The notes beneath the pieces are model-generated. The model worked only from the letters and a program-made list of their open reading frames with translations. It was not told where the DNA came from and searched no databases. The position numbers and the translations under genes are program-made. Of a stretch of 64,000 bases of DNA, positions 20,641-30,930 are shown one piece after another. Origin of the DNA: Candidatus Eiseniibacteriota bacterium. GTDB taxonomy: Bacteria > Eisenbacteria > RBG-16-71-46. Every line of letters starts with the position of its first letter. Within the stretch, counting starts at the first letter, position 1. The stretch is taken from assembly GCA_963717505.1 (NCBI GenBank), contig OY970342.1:2880001-2944000 (forward strand), written 5' to 3'.

Positions 20641-22641
20641 GTGTCTCGCTTCCGCCTAGGCTCCGAGAGAAGTTCGCTGCTCGACATGCCACCGATCGCC
20701 GCGGCATTGACGTTGGCGTTCATTCCCCTCGTTGTGTCCACGTGTAGCGCGGCGTGGGTCCCGAACGGCGCGCCTGTCACCATGGCGCCGGGCGAACAAT
20801 CATTGGAATCCACGGTTCCCGACGGGAACGGCGGCGCATACGTGTTCTGGCGGGACAACCGCCTCGGCTACGACTACGCACCCCGATACGACGTCTTCGC
20901 CCAACACCTGGACGCCGAAGGCGAAGTGGTTGCCGGATGGGACCCGCAGGGCAACCCGATCGCAAACACCGATGACCACGAAGGCGGTGCTCGTGCCATC
21001 AGCGATGGCGCGGGCGGCGCGATCGTGATGTGGGCGGCAGGCAACTATCGCCTGCAGCGGGTTCGCCCTGATGGGTCCCATGCCTGGTCATCCGGCGGTG
21101 TGTCCGTCTCGGATGACGGCGCCGCCCGCGTGTCCGGCCAAGTCATGCCCGACGGTTCGGGAGGTGTCTACGTCGTTTGGGCCAACGCCGTGGTGAGGCC
21201 ATCGCTCGAGGCGCTCTGCCCGCGCTGTCATCCCAGCTACACCTATCATCTCTTCGCACAGCGCATCGATGCATCCGGCAACCGTCTGTGGGGCGCGATG
21301 GGGGTACCGGTGACTCCAGACTCCATCGCTGGCAACGTAACCCTGCTCCTCGGCAACGAGGGGCGTCCGCTCATCCTATGGATCGATGTGCTGGGAATGT
21401 ATCGAGCCCAGGAACTCGACTCCGATGGACATGCTCGCCTGCAACCAGATGGTCAGGTCATTCCGCATCTTCGCGGCGGGCTCACTGCAGCTACCGGACC
21501 GCGCCAAGCGGTGACCGTATTCAACTACGGGGAGGACACACACGAAGACATCGCGGCCCAACACCTCGGGCCCGATCTCACGGTGGACTGGGGAGAGTCG
21601 GGCCAGCCGATCGTCGTCGAGGCTCACAAACAGGAGCCAACAGGGATGACCGGCGATGGTGAGGGCGGCGTACTGCTCGCATGGCACGATATCCGGAACG
21701 CCGTTAGTTGGGATGTGTATCTCACTCGCGTGACATCGGGAGGAAGCTTGGCTGAAGGCTGGCCGGATCATGGACTTCCCGTTTGCACGATGTCGGAGAG
21801 GCAAGACAGTCCGACACTGATCTCCGATGGAGACGGCGGGGCGTACGTGGCATGGATAGACCTTCGAGAACCGACCAACGGCTACGACCTCTATCTGCAA
21901 CGTGTACTCGGAACCGGGACTATTGCGGCGGGCTGGCCAGACCAGGGCCTTCCGATCTGTATCATTCCGCAGCAACAGGTGAACCCCCAGCTCGTCGCCG
22001 ATGGCAACGGCGGAGTCATCGTCGTTTGGAACGACTATCGGCGTGGCTCGGAAATCTACGCGCAAAGGATCGATGCTCACGGTCGGATCGGCGACCAGCA
22101 CACTGCGGTTATCGTGTCGCAAGCAATTCTTACGGTCGACGCAAACGACGTGACTGCCGAATGGCAGGTCGACGTGGCAGGAATCAATAGCGTCGAAGTC
22201 CTGCGGTCGAGCGTTGCCCGCGGCGTCGAACGGCTCGGAACGGCATTGATCAATGGCTCGCATCGCGCACGGTTCACGGATCGCGACGTGCCTTCAGGCC
22301 GTTACGGGTATGCGATTGAACTCGTGCATCTCGGGACGACCATGACCACTGAATTCACCTGGATCGACGTCGTGCCCTCAGCTCGGCTTGCGCTCGAGGG
22401 TTTCCGTCCAAATCCATCGAACGGATGGGCTCCGATTGCGTTCGTTCTCCCCGAGGCCGGGCCCACGCAAGTTGAAATCTTCGACATACGAGGACGTCGG
22501 ATGCGTGATCTGAGAGAGGCTCACTTGAGCGCTGGGTCCCACTCCATCGCGGTCGGTGGGCGTCTACCGGCGGGTGTCTATTGGATCCGACTGACGGCCG
22601 GGACTCGAAGTATTGCGGCCCGAGGGGTGGTCCTCGACTAG
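20641..22641 (+). CDS. Secreted DGxGG-repeat protein with C-terminal FlgD/T9SS-like domain (paralog of 11319-13082)
   Basis: WVPNG after the signal peptide, SDGxGGAYVxW repeats, and PNP...LPAGVYWIRL tail. GGAGG RBS before the GTG. Confidence 0.75.
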   Translation: MSRFRLGSERSSLLDMPPIAAALTLAFIPLVVSTCSAAWVPNGAPVTMAPGEQSLESTVPDGNGGAYVFWRDNRLGYDYAPRYDVFAQHLDAEGEVVAGWDPQGNPIANTDDHEGGARAISDGAGGAIVMWAAGNYRLQRVRPDGSHAWSSGGVSVSDDGAARVSGQVMPDGSGGVYVVWANAVVRPSLEALCPRCHPSYTYHLFAQRIDASGNRLWGAMGVPVTPDSIAGNVTLLLGNEGRPLILWIDVLGMYRAQELDSDGHARLQPDGQVIPHLRGGLTAATGPRQAVTVFNYGEDTHEDIAAQHLGPDLTVDWGESGQPIVVEAHKQEPTGMTGDGEGGVLLAWHDIRNAVSWDVYLTRVTSGGSLAEGWPDHGLPVCTMSERQDSPTLISDGDGGAYVAWIDLREPTNGYDLYLQRVLGTGTIAAGWPDQGLPICIIPQQQVNPQLVADGNGGVIVVWNDYRRGSEIYAQRIDAHGRIGDQHTAVIVSQAILTVDANDVTAEWQVDVAGINSVEVLRSSVARGVERLGTALINGSHRARFTDRDVPSGRYGYAIELVHLGTTMTTEFTWIDVVPSARLALEGFRPNPSNGWAPIAFVLPEAGPTQVEIFDIRGRRMRDLREAHLSAGSHSIAVGGRLPAGVYWIRLTAGTRSIAARGVVLD

Positions 22642-22716
22642 ACGATCCAATGGACTCGCTCAGGCCGCAGGGTTCGCCGGCTCGAAACTACGGAGTGAGG
22701 CAATCGCCTCGATCAC

Positions 22717-24444
22717 TCAATGCATGGTCCGCCGGCCCGCCCGAGTGACTCCCGTCCTGAGTAACCCCGCCTCCACGAGCGTCGGCGGCTTGCGCCAATT
22801 GCCCGCTCTTTCCCACGCGGCCGCGATCGCGAGCAGGTCGCCGTCCGCCCATGGACGACCGGCGAACTCCAAGCCGAACGGAAGCCCGCTCTCGTAGAAG
22901 CCCGCGGGCACCACGATCGCCGGCACGCCGATCATGTTCACCCAGCTGGTGGCGGAGTGCGGACCCGTACTCAGCTTCCCGTCCTGCGCCATCGTCTCGT
23001 CAGGTGGCGGAATTTGGATGGCGGGGTAGACGAAGCCGTCAAGCTCGAGGCGGTCGAGCGTGGCGATGTACGCGTCGAGCAGCGCCCGCTTCGGCGCGCG
23101 ATACATCTGCTCGGCGTCGGGATCGGTGGCCAGCTCGCGCTGGTTCAAGTGCTGACCACCCACGATCCGATAGTCGTCTTCGGTGCCGATGGACGACGTG
23201 TACAAAGGGACACCCATCGCCCTCTGATAGTCGGCCGCGGAGCGATACTCCGCCGGTCCGAAGATGCCGAGAAAGCGGTCGGTCCCATCCTTTGTGTACG
23301 CGTACGTGGCGACGCGGCTGGCCAGCGTCGCGAACCCCGACGGGAGTATGGAATCGCCGGTCACGATCTCGGCGCCGGCCGCCCGAAGCGAATCCAGGGC
23401 CTGGAGGAACATCGCACGCGTCTTGGGTTCCAGCGGGACGTCCGCAGCACGGCGCAGCTTTTCGGCGGCGACGTCCGAGACGGTGTAGGGGATACCGCGA
23501 AACGGCACGCCGTCGCCCGCGAGCACGAAAGCCGGGACACCGAAGCGCTTGCCCTCGAGGGACGCGGACGGCAGGCCATTCGTGAACGGCCCGCGCTGTG
23601 CCGTCGCGGGGGCTGCGAGCGTGGCCGAGTCGAGGGAATCGGAGCCGGCCATCACGGCGAGCGCAATCGCGGCGTCGGTCACGTTGCGTGCGATCGGCCC
23701 GGTGTTGTCCAGGAGCCAATCCAGCGGAGCGATGCCCGCGGTGCTCACCAATCCGCGCGTGGGGAACACGCCGACCAGGGCGCTGGTTGCCGCCGGCATG
23801 CGGATGGAGTTGCCGGTGTCGGTACCGTTGCCGAGCACGGCCATGTTCGCGGCGACTGCCGTCACGACGCCGCCGGAGGAGCCGCCAGGGGAAAAGCGGA
23901 CGTCGTAGGCGTTGCCGGTCCGCCCGAACGATGAGCTGCGGTTGGTGTCGCTGTTCGCGAGGTCCGGCATGTTGGCGAGGCCGACGATGATGGCTCCGGC
24001 CGCGCGGAGTCGCTCGACGATCGTTGCGTCGCGGGGCGCGACGAGCTCGTGGCCGGGGCGCACGAAGCCTTCCCAACCGGCGGTCGTCACCTGCCCCTTT
24101 ACGCTGGTGTTGGCCTTGATGACGATGGGAACGCCCCAGAGCGGGCCGCGCTCCGCCGTCGCTGCCTCTGCATCCAGCCGGGCCGCCTCCGCGAGCGCGT
24201 CGTCGCGCAGAGCCGTCTCGATGGCGCCATAGACACCGTTGTAGCGGTCGATTCGGTCCAGGTGCCACCGGACCACCTGAGTGACCGTGTATCGGCGGTC
24301 CGCGTAGAGCTGCTGCAGCCGTGGGACGGTGAGGTCCATCAGGTCGCGGTCGGCGGCGCGGCCGGGTACCGCGACTTCTGGGGCTGTACGGCTGCATCCC
24401 GAGAAAGCGAGAGCGACGACGAAGAGCGACCAAGGGAGCTTCAC
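22717..24444 (-). CDS. Amidase-signature family enzyme (lipoprotein)
   Basis: GVPIVIK, PGGSSGG, GTDTGNSIRMPA. Lipobox FSGC. Confidence 0.9.
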   Translation of the reverse strand: MKLPWSLFVVALAFSGCSRTAPEVAVPGRAADRDLMDLTVPRLQQLYADRRYTVTQVVRWHLDRIDRYNGVYGAIETALRDDALAEAARLDAEAATAERGPLWGVPIVIKANTSVKGQVTTAGWEGFVRPGHELVAPRDATIVERLRAAGAIIVGLANMPDLANSDTNRSSSFGRTGNAYDVRFSPGGSSGGVVTAVAANMAVLGNGTDTGNSIRMPAATSALVGVFPTRGLVSTAGIAPLDWLLDNTGPIARNVTDAAIALAVMAGSDSLDSATLAAPATAQRGPFTNGLPSASLEGKRFGVPAFVLAGDGVPFRGIPYTVSDVAAEKLRRAADVPLEPKTRAMFLQALDSLRAAGAEIVTGDSILPSGFATLASRVATYAYTKDGTDRFLGIFGPAEYRSAADYQRAMGVPLYTSSIGTEDDYRIVGGQHLNQRELATDPDAEQMYRAPKRALLDAYIATLDRLELDGFVYPAIQIPPPDETMAQDGKLSTGPHSATSWVNMIGVPAIVVPAGFYESGLPFGLEFAGRPWADGDLLAIAAAWERAGNWRKPPTLVEAGLLRTGVTRAGRRTMH

Positions 24445-24484
24445 GGGTCGAGACTACCACTTGGTTTGGTCCGGCTACCGTGCG

Positions 24485-25453
24485 TCAGGGCCGCGTGATT
24501 TGGCGTCGGTCGCTGCCGTCGACGTTCATGGTCCAGATCACTCCGCCCGCCCCGGTGGAGTCTAAGCCGCTGTAGGCCACCCGGTCGGCAGGTCCAACCG
24601 AGAATTGAAACCAGAAGTGCACGCGAGGATCGCCGAGATCAAACGAGAGCCGCTGCTGCGCCGACCCATCGGAGTTTACGACCCACGACTTCGTCACGGA
24701 CGGATCGCCGAATGTGGCCGGGCTGGGCGTAAAGTGGAAATAGATTCGCTGACCATCCGCAGACCATTGGAGGTTGGCGCACCAGCCATTGAGGTGAGTG
24801 AGCTGTCGATAATCTGTGCCGTCGGCCTCGACCGCACAAATGTTGCCGCCCGTGCCCGACTCGTTCGACATGAAGGCTATGGTTCGCCCGTTTGGGGACC
24901 AAACGGGGTAGCTTCCGAAAGTCACGTTCGAATCTGGCCGGATCAGCGCCCGTTGATCGCCCGTCATGGTGTCGATGATGTGGATACCGGACGTGGAATC
25001 GGGAGCGGATGGCGCACGCGCCGTGATTAGATAGATCAGAAATCGGCCGTCCGGAGACCATGAAGGGTAGGCAGCATACGGGCCGGTCCACGTCCGCGTC
25101 TCGCCCGTGGCGATCACGACGGTGGAAATGCCGCCCTCGTAGTACGCGATGCGGCTGCCATCCGGTGACCATGCAAGCTGGGGGGAGACCGCAGGCCAAA
25201 TGCCGAGCAGCGCTGTAGGAGAGCCACCAGAAACGCCGACGATGGCGATATGTTCGGTGTCGGCGGAATCGCGCGGTTCGTGCAGGTAGGCAATCGATTG
25301 TCCGTCTGGAGACCACGTGGGGATGGCGTCAAGACTCCGGTAGCGCGGAAAGGGCTGGGGCCGGGTGGGCGAACTCGAACAAGCGGCGAAAAGGGCCACC
25401 GCGCACGCGGCCAGAACAATCCGCGTCCCGCGCCGCATCCTTCTGGAATTCAT
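24485..25453 (-). CDS. TolB-like PD40 beta-propeller lipoprotein
   Basis: Lipobox FAAC and repeated WSPDG motifs. Confidence 0.8.
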   Translation of the reverse strand: MNSRRMRRGTRIVLAACAVALFAACSSSPTRPQPFPRYRSLDAIPTWSPDGQSIAYLHEPRDSADTEHIAIVGVSGGSPTALLGIWPAVSPQLAWSPDGSRIAYYEGGISTVVIATGETRTWTGPYAAYPSWSPDGRFLIYLITARAPSAPDSTSGIHIIDTMTGDQRALIRPDSNVTFGSYPVWSPNGRTIAFMSNESGTGGNICAVEADGTDYRQLTHLNGWCANLQWSADGQRIYFHFTPSPATFGDPSVTKSWVVNSDGSAQQRLSFDLGDPRVHFWFQFSVGPADRVAYSGLDSTGAGGVIWTMNVDGSDRRQITRP

Positions 25454-25590
25454 CTCGAGGTGAAGCAGTCCGAAATCCCTCTCCGCGGGGCCGACATCGG
25501 CTTGTCACTCAAGGGCACAATACAGCCCGGCATACCACGGAGTTCCAGAAGGTTGGGGCAGGTCGGGACAACCTAGCGGGCTGAGTGTCC

Positions 25591-28008
25591 CTACCGCCCG
25601 GGGCTGGCTCTGCTCATGCCCTCGAACAAAGCCAGAATGCGCTTGTACTCGTCCAGCCAGCTGTCCGCGTGCGAGAAGTTGTGTCGATCGAGCGGGTACG
25701 GAGCCAGCGTCACCTCGTCCTTGTGCAGTTCGATCAGCCGCTGGTAGAGCCGCACCGAGTCCTCGAACAGGACGTTGTCGTCGAGCATCCCGTGGCAGAT
25801 GAGCAGCGGACCCGCGAGGCCTTCGGCGAACTCGATGGGGGATGACCTGCGATAGGCGAGGCTGTCCACTTGCGGCGTGTTGAGGATGGCCGCGGTGTAG
25901 CCGTGGTTGTACTGCGACCAGTCGGTGACTGGACGCAACGCGGCGCCGGCATGGAAAACGTCGGGCTCTTTGAACATCGCCATCAGCGCCATGAAGCCGC
26001 CGTACGAGCCGCCGTAGATGCCGACTCGGCGCTCGTCGCCGCCATGCTCGCGCACCAGCCACCGCACCCCGTCCACCAGGTCCTCCAGCTCGGGCGTGCC
26101 CATCCGGCGATAGATCGCGGTACGCCAGTCGCGGCCGTAGCCCTGCGAGGCGCGGTAGTCCATGTCGAGCACGACGTAGCCGCGCTCGGTCAGCAAGTGG
26201 TGGAACATCTGCTCGCGGAAGTAGTACGGAAACTGGAGCTGGGTGTTCTGCAGGTAGCCGGCGCCGTGCACGAACATCACGATCGGATGGAGCCCCGTGG
26301 TATCGGCGGGCAGGTAGAGACGCGACCAGATCGGCGCTGCGCCGTGACTCGACGGCACCGCCACGATGCGTGGCTCCGGCCACTGGATCGCCTGGTACTC
26401 GGCGGTGCGCGTGTCCGTGAGCTCGCGCAGTGCGCCGCCGGAGGAAGCGCACACCGCGAGCTGCGTGGGCGTGTGTGTCGCAGAGTGCTGAACCCACAGC
26501 TTAGTGCCGTCCGGCGAAAGACCGAACGCGCTGCAGCCCTGGAGCGGCGTGAGCCGAGCGAGGGGACCGCCCGTGCTCGGCACGCGATAGACGTCGTACG
26601 CGTACGGCGCCTCGGCGTTGGACAGCGCGTAGATCCAGCGTCCGTCGGGAGAGACCTCGGGCGAGGACACCTCGAAACTTCCGCTGGTGAGCGCGACCGC
26701 GGGACTTCCGGGCACTTTCGCGTAGAGGTGCGAATAGCCAGTTTCCTCGGATAGGAACCAGAACCGCTTGCCGTCCGGCATCCAACCGGTCTGGTTGTGG
26801 CCCCAGTTCACCCAGGCGCTGTCGGTGAGCCGATGCTCGGGCCTTAGTGCGTGCTTTTCGAGGTCCACGGTCGCGAGCCAGCGGTCCTTGTGGTCGTGAG
26901 CGGTGAACCGCACCAGGGCTTCAGTGCCCTGCGGATTCCACCAGATCGCGGATACATCGAGCGGGCGTTCCTTGGGTTCGGACGACCCGGCACCGGCGCT
27001 GTCGGGTTTCGCCTTGCTGGTGTCGGGCGCGTCGGACTTGCGCTCGCGCTGGTTCTCCGCGCGCACGCTCGCCAGCATGTCGGCCTTGATCCCCGGCAGT
27101 GGCGCGTACGCGAGCTTGTGCCGCGTACGCTGCTCCAGGTCTACGAGCCATAGCGTCTCGGGCGCCGGCCCGCTCCGTCCCACGCGCGTGCGCGTTTCCT
27201 CGACTTCCTCGTAGCCCGATTCGGTCACGTACATCGGCATCTTGCCGACGCGGCCCGCGTCGTAGCTCTTGGCCGTGGTCACGGCAAAGACCCAGCGGCC
27301 GGTGGGCGAGATTTCAGTCTGAGTCAGCACCACGTCGTCGCCCACATACACCGGCAGCGGCGAGCGACTGGGATCGGAGCGACGCAGGAACTCAGCGTGG
27401 CTCTTGAGCGAGTCGCGGTCGGCACGGTCGCGTGCGAGCGTTGCGATCTGCCGGAGCTGCATCCGCTCTAGATCGTTGGTCTTATTCTCGTCGGGGTCCT
27501 TGCCGGCTACCACCATCGCAGCCGGGCCGGTCACGCGACTGGCCAGGTCGTACGCGTACCAGTCGTTCCCGATGCGGAACAGCACCCGCGCCCCGTCGGA
27601 CGAGAATCGAGGCGCGGCCTCCGTCACGGTACTGCGAGTGACTTGGGTGAGTTTCCGGTTCCCCAGCTCACGCACGAACAGGTCTCCATTGCGGATGAAC
27701 GCCGCGCGCTTTCTCGCGGGGTCGAAGACCGGGTTCTGCGCGTCGAGGTCGGCGAGATCCGCGGGCGGGACCGGCCGGTATGCGCCCCCGGATGCCGCCA
27801 CTCGGTGGAGGTCGCGCACCGGCGAGCCGGGGCGCTTGAGGCTGAACAGGATCGAGCGTCCGTCCAGCGACCAGTAGGGTCGTTCCACCGGCGGCCCGAT
27901 CCAGTCCGGGTCGGCCATGATGCGTTCGAGCGTGAGGGGTGCCGCGTGCGCCGGAGATGCGAGCAGGGAGACGGCCAGTGTGGTGATGAGCCACGGGACA
28001 CAGCGCAT
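25591..28008 (-). CDS. S9 family peptidase (DPP IV/prolyl oligopeptidase-like)
   Basis: Signal peptide, propeller region, GGSYGG nucleophile, HGMLDDNV and catalytic His (DRHNF). Confidence 0.92.
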   Translation of the reverse strand: MRCVPWLITTLAVSLLASPAHAAPLTLERIMADPDWIGPPVERPYWSLDGRSILFSLKRPGSPVRDLHRVAASGGAYRPVPPADLADLDAQNPVFDPARKRAAFIRNGDLFVRELGNRKLTQVTRSTVTEAAPRFSSDGARVLFRIGNDWYAYDLASRVTGPAAMVVAGKDPDENKTNDLERMQLRQIATLARDRADRDSLKSHAEFLRRSDPSRSPLPVYVGDDVVLTQTEISPTGRWVFAVTTAKSYDAGRVGKMPMYVTESGYEEVEETRTRVGRSGPAPETLWLVDLEQRTRHKLAYAPLPGIKADMLASVRAENQRERKSDAPDTSKAKPDSAGAGSSEPKERPLDVSAIWWNPQGTEALVRFTAHDHKDRWLATVDLEKHALRPEHRLTDSAWVNWGHNQTGWMPDGKRFWFLSEETGYSHLYAKVPGSPAVALTSGSFEVSSPEVSPDGRWIYALSNAEAPYAYDVYRVPSTGGPLARLTPLQGCSAFGLSPDGTKLWVQHSATHTPTQLAVCASSGGALRELTDTRTAEYQAIQWPEPRIVAVPSSHGAAPIWSRLYLPADTTGLHPIVMFVHGAGYLQNTQLQFPYYFREQMFHHLLTERGYVVLDMDYRASQGYGRDWRTAIYRRMGTPELEDLVDGVRWLVREHGGDERRVGIYGGSYGGFMALMAMFKEPDVFHAGAALRPVTDWSQYNHGYTAAILNTPQVDSLAYRRSSPIEFAEGLAGPLLICHGMLDDNVLFEDSVRLYQRLIELHKDEVTLAPYPLDRHNFSHADSWLDEYKRILALFEGMSRASPGR

Positions 28009-28066
28009 GGGGCGCGAGGATACTTCAACCTGGACGGCGAAGTCTGCCCCTGACAGTCTCCGCTAC

Positions 28067-29158
28067 ATGAAGCTTCTCTGCTGCTTGCTGGTCTTGTCGG
28101 TCTCGCTCTCGAAGTCGTTCGGTGATGGCGGCGCCGGCGGTGCTGGTGCGAAGGCGGTGGCCGCGAGCGGGGTCGACACGCTGTTCCTGCCCGAGCCGGT
28201 CCAGGTCGAGAGCACTGCGGCCTCTGCTCCTCGTGGACATGTGAGTTGCGGGCTGAGCGATAGGTCCGGGCGCCTGTGGTTCGGCACTTCGGAAGGGCTC
28301 ATGCGGTTCGATGGGCGGAGCTTTACGCGGTTCATCGAGGTGGACAGCCTGCGCGATGCGCGTGGCTACGCGAATTGGGAGCACATCTACTCCATCTTCG
28401 AAGACCGAGCCGGGCACATCTGGTTCGGCGCCCCGAACGGCGTGTACCGGTACGATGGAAACACGTTCACCTGCTGGGCAATCCCGGCGCGCGACTTCAA
28501 GGACCGGAACGACTACCCGAGCCCCGAGAGCCGGTTGTCGAACCCGCTGCCTCCCACTGCGGTCATAAGTATTCTGCAGGATCGGCACGGAGCTCTCTGG
28601 TTCGGCACCTGGGGAGGTGGTGTCAATCGCTACGACGGCACCTCGCTGACCAACCTCTCGGAGAAGAATGGTCTCTGCAGCAATGTGGTCCAGAGCATTC
28701 TCGAGGACCGCAAGGGGAGCATGTGGTTTGCAACCCGGGGCGGTGGCGTGTGTCGCTACGATTGGCGTTCCTTCACGACATACGCGACGCCAGGGGACGC
28801 AATCAGCTATCACGCGTTCTTCATTGCGGCCGACACGGCGGGCGTGCTGTGGACCGGCACGGTCGGTGGAGGTCTGCGTCGGTTCGATGGAACGGGCTTC
28901 ATCCCGGTCGCGGAGCCCGATCTCGTGAACGTCACCTGCATGCTGCAACGCCGCACCGGCGAGCGCTGGTACGGCACCAGCTCTGGTGTCTACCGATACG
29001 ACGGTCGAGCCTTGACCCGCTTCGCAGCGAAGGACGGCACGGGCAGCAATTCCGTCTGGGCCATCGTGGAAGACAAGAGCGGCAGCCTCTGGTTCGGCAC
29101 GCGGAAGGGCCTGTGCCGCTACGACGGGCGGTCGTTCACCCGCTTTCCGGAAGAGTGA
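28067..29158 (+). CDS. Secreted two-component-regulator-propeller (Reg_prop) repeat protein
   Basis: Repeats of SIxEDxxGxLWFGT-GGVxRYDG. No kinase domain. Confidence 0.8.
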   Translation: MKLLCCLLVLSVSLSKSFGDGGAGGAGAKAVAASGVDTLFLPEPVQVESTAASAPRGHVSCGLSDRSGRLWFGTSEGLMRFDGRSFTRFIEVDSLRDARGYANWEHIYSIFEDRAGHIWFGAPNGVYRYDGNTFTCWAIPARDFKDRNDYPSPESRLSNPLPPTAVISILQDRHGALWFGTWGGGVNRYDGTSLTNLSEKNGLCSNVVQSILEDRKGSMWFATRGGGVCRYDWRSFTTYATPGDAISYHAFFIAADTAGVLWTGTVGGGLRRFDGTGFIPVAEPDLVNVTCMLQRRTGERWYGTSSGVYRYDGRALTRFAAKDGTGSNSVWAIVEDKSGSLWFGTRKGLCRYDGRSFTRFPEE

Positions 29159-29222
29159 GGGTTCCGACACGCAATGGAATCGGGACAGGCGGCTGTGCGC
29201 GACGTGAAAGTGCCGGAACCGA

Positions 29223-30398
29223 TCAGCGGAGCCGCACAAACCGACGCGACTGCCGTTCCGGGCCGGATCCGGCCACAAGCAGGTAAAGCCCCGCGGGTGC
29301 AGGCCGGCCACTCGAATCGAGTCCGTCCCAGCTCAGCTCGTGCGGCCCGGGCGTGAACACGTCGTCTGCGATCAGGCGCAGCCTGCGACCCTCGACGTCG
29401 ACGACCTCGACGCGCATGCGCCGTGGGTCGGGCACGTCGAGCCGGAACCGGACCGTGCCGCGATTCGGGTTCGGCATGGGCGCCGAGAGCCGTGCGCCGC
29501 TGGGCTGCGGGTCCGGAAGGCCCGCAACCGTGTTCTCGACGACGAAGTACTGCTGTCCCGGAACGCCATCGAGATCCACGCTGGATGCAGGACCAAGGGC
29601 GCAGGTGCCGGGCGGAACCGGGCCGAGGAGCTGGTTGGAGATCTCGACATCCAGCCCCGACGGGCGCGCGAGCAGCACGCAGATCCGGAACGGACCGGTG
29701 GGATCCCCGAGCGCGGCTAGCGGCACGGCCCATTCGAGTCCGCTCGTGACCCCGCTTCCCGAAGACGCGTTGCAACCTGCGTCGACGCCTCCTGTGTTCG
29801 AGCGATCGAAGCTGGCGAGGATGCCGTGGGGATTGACCGCGCCGGGGCCGACGAGAGTGCCTGGGGGCCCCAGCACCCCCCGGCCGAGGAAGGAGCCTGT
29901 GGCGCCGCCGACAGACGGCAGTTCCGCGAAGTAGGCCGGAAACCCGGCGGCGTCGCGGGCCACGGCGAGCCAGTAGTCGGGGGCGAACTCGGCGTCGAAC
30001 GTGAGCTCCGCCACGCTTTGAAGCGTCACCCAATCCTGCGGGCTCGAGTTGTCGTCGCTCAGGCTGTTCTGGCCGCCGGATCGCGTGTCGACGAACACAT
30101 GCAGCTGCGCCACCGGGTAGAGGAACTCGCTGTAGAAGCGATTAAGGCTGCCCGCGATGAACAGGAACAGCTTGCCGTCCTCGACCAGCACGTACGCGGC
30201 GTCCAGCTCGGATCCGGGGGAGATTTCGTACTGGTAGTCGCCGAGACTCGTCTGTGTCGATTGGACGCTCAACGGCTCGCCATAGGTGGCGTCGAGGATC
30301 CCATCCACCACCGGCGCAGCACTGGAGTTGGCGACCGGAGCGAGCAGCGCCACGCCGTAGAGGAGGACGCGAAGTCGATGCCCTGATGCCGTCCCCAT
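29223..30398 (-). CDS. Secreted protein with C-terminal FlgD-Ig/T9SS-like domain
   Basis: Signal peptide and PNP...WDGLDSSGRPAPAGLYLL tail. Confidence 0.75.
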   Translation of the reverse strand: MGTASGHRLRVLLYGVALLAPVANSSAAPVVDGILDATYGEPLSVQSTQTSLGDYQYEISPGSELDAAYVLVEDGKLFLFIAGSLNRFYSEFLYPVAQLHVFVDTRSGGQNSLSDDNSSPQDWVTLQSVAELTFDAEFAPDYWLAVARDAAGFPAYFAELPSVGGATGSFLGRGVLGPPGTLVGPGAVNPHGILASFDRSNTGGVDAGCNASSGSGVTSGLEWAVPLAALGDPTGPFRICVLLARPSGLDVEISNQLLGPVPPGTCALGPASSVDLDGVPGQQYFVVENTVAGLPDPQPSGARLSAPMPNPNRGTVRFRLDVPDPRRMRVEVVDVEGRRLRLIADDVFTPGPHELSWDGLDSSGRPAPAGLYLLVAGSGPERQSRRFVRLR

Positions 30399-30504
30399 GC
30401 GGGCGAGGTTATCAGATGAGCGAGCGGGCCGAACCGACGAACTACGATGTTGCTCGCCTCCGATCGGTGGCTTCTCGGCGGAGGCGGCGCGGCGCCGATC
30501 CCAT

Positions 30505-30591
30505 GTGGCGTCCTCAACGGGCGCGGATTCGAACCGCTTGGCGGCGTGGCTTCGCGGGATGGATGTGCTCCGTCGTGTTTTGGCTGTGTAG
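30505..30591 (+). repeat. att-like unit R2
   Basis: GTGGCGTCCTCAACG-GGCGC-GGATTCGAAC..., translating VASSTGADSNRLAAWLRGMDVLRRVLAV*. Confidence 0.85.
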
Positions 30592-30601
30592 CTGTCCCCG
30601 C

Positions 30602-30630
30602 TTGCGCATAGTAACGGCCCGCGTTACTAT
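30602..30630 (+). promoter_or_regulatory. higBA promoter with HigA-type palindromic operator
   Basis: TTGCGC-N17-TACTAT. Perfect 9-bp inverted repeat ATAGTAACG-N5-CGTTACTAT (30608-30630). The GTG start is 6 nt after the -10 box, so the transcript is likely leaderless. Confidence 0.75.
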
Positions 30631-30636
30631 CGAACG

Positions 30637-30918
30637 GTGATTCGGAGCTTCCGAGGCAAGGACGCCCACCGGCTCTTCAACCGCAGCCCTGTCCGGAGGC
30701 TCGGGGCGGACGTTCAGCGCATCGCGCTACGCAAGCTAAGGCAGCTCGATGCTGCGGTTGCGCTGGAAGACCTTCGCGTTCCACCGGGCAATCGCCTCGA
30801 GAGACTCCGCGGTGATCGGGCCGGGGAGTGGAGCATCCGGATCAACGACCAGTGGCGCATCTGCTTCCGCTGGGAGGGAGGCGATGCTCATGACGTGGAG
30901 ATCGTGGATTACCACTGA
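30637..30918 (+). CDS. higB: HigB (RelE-family) toxin
   Basis: MIRSF...DLRVPPGNRLERLRGDRAGEWSIRINDQWRICF...EIVDYH. Confidence 0.95.
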   Translation: MIRSFRGKDAHRLFNRSPVRRLGADVQRIALRKLRQLDAAVALEDLRVPPGNRLERLRGDRAGEWSIRINDQWRICFRWEGGDAHDVEIVDYH

Positions 30919-30930
30919 ACTGGAGAGCTC

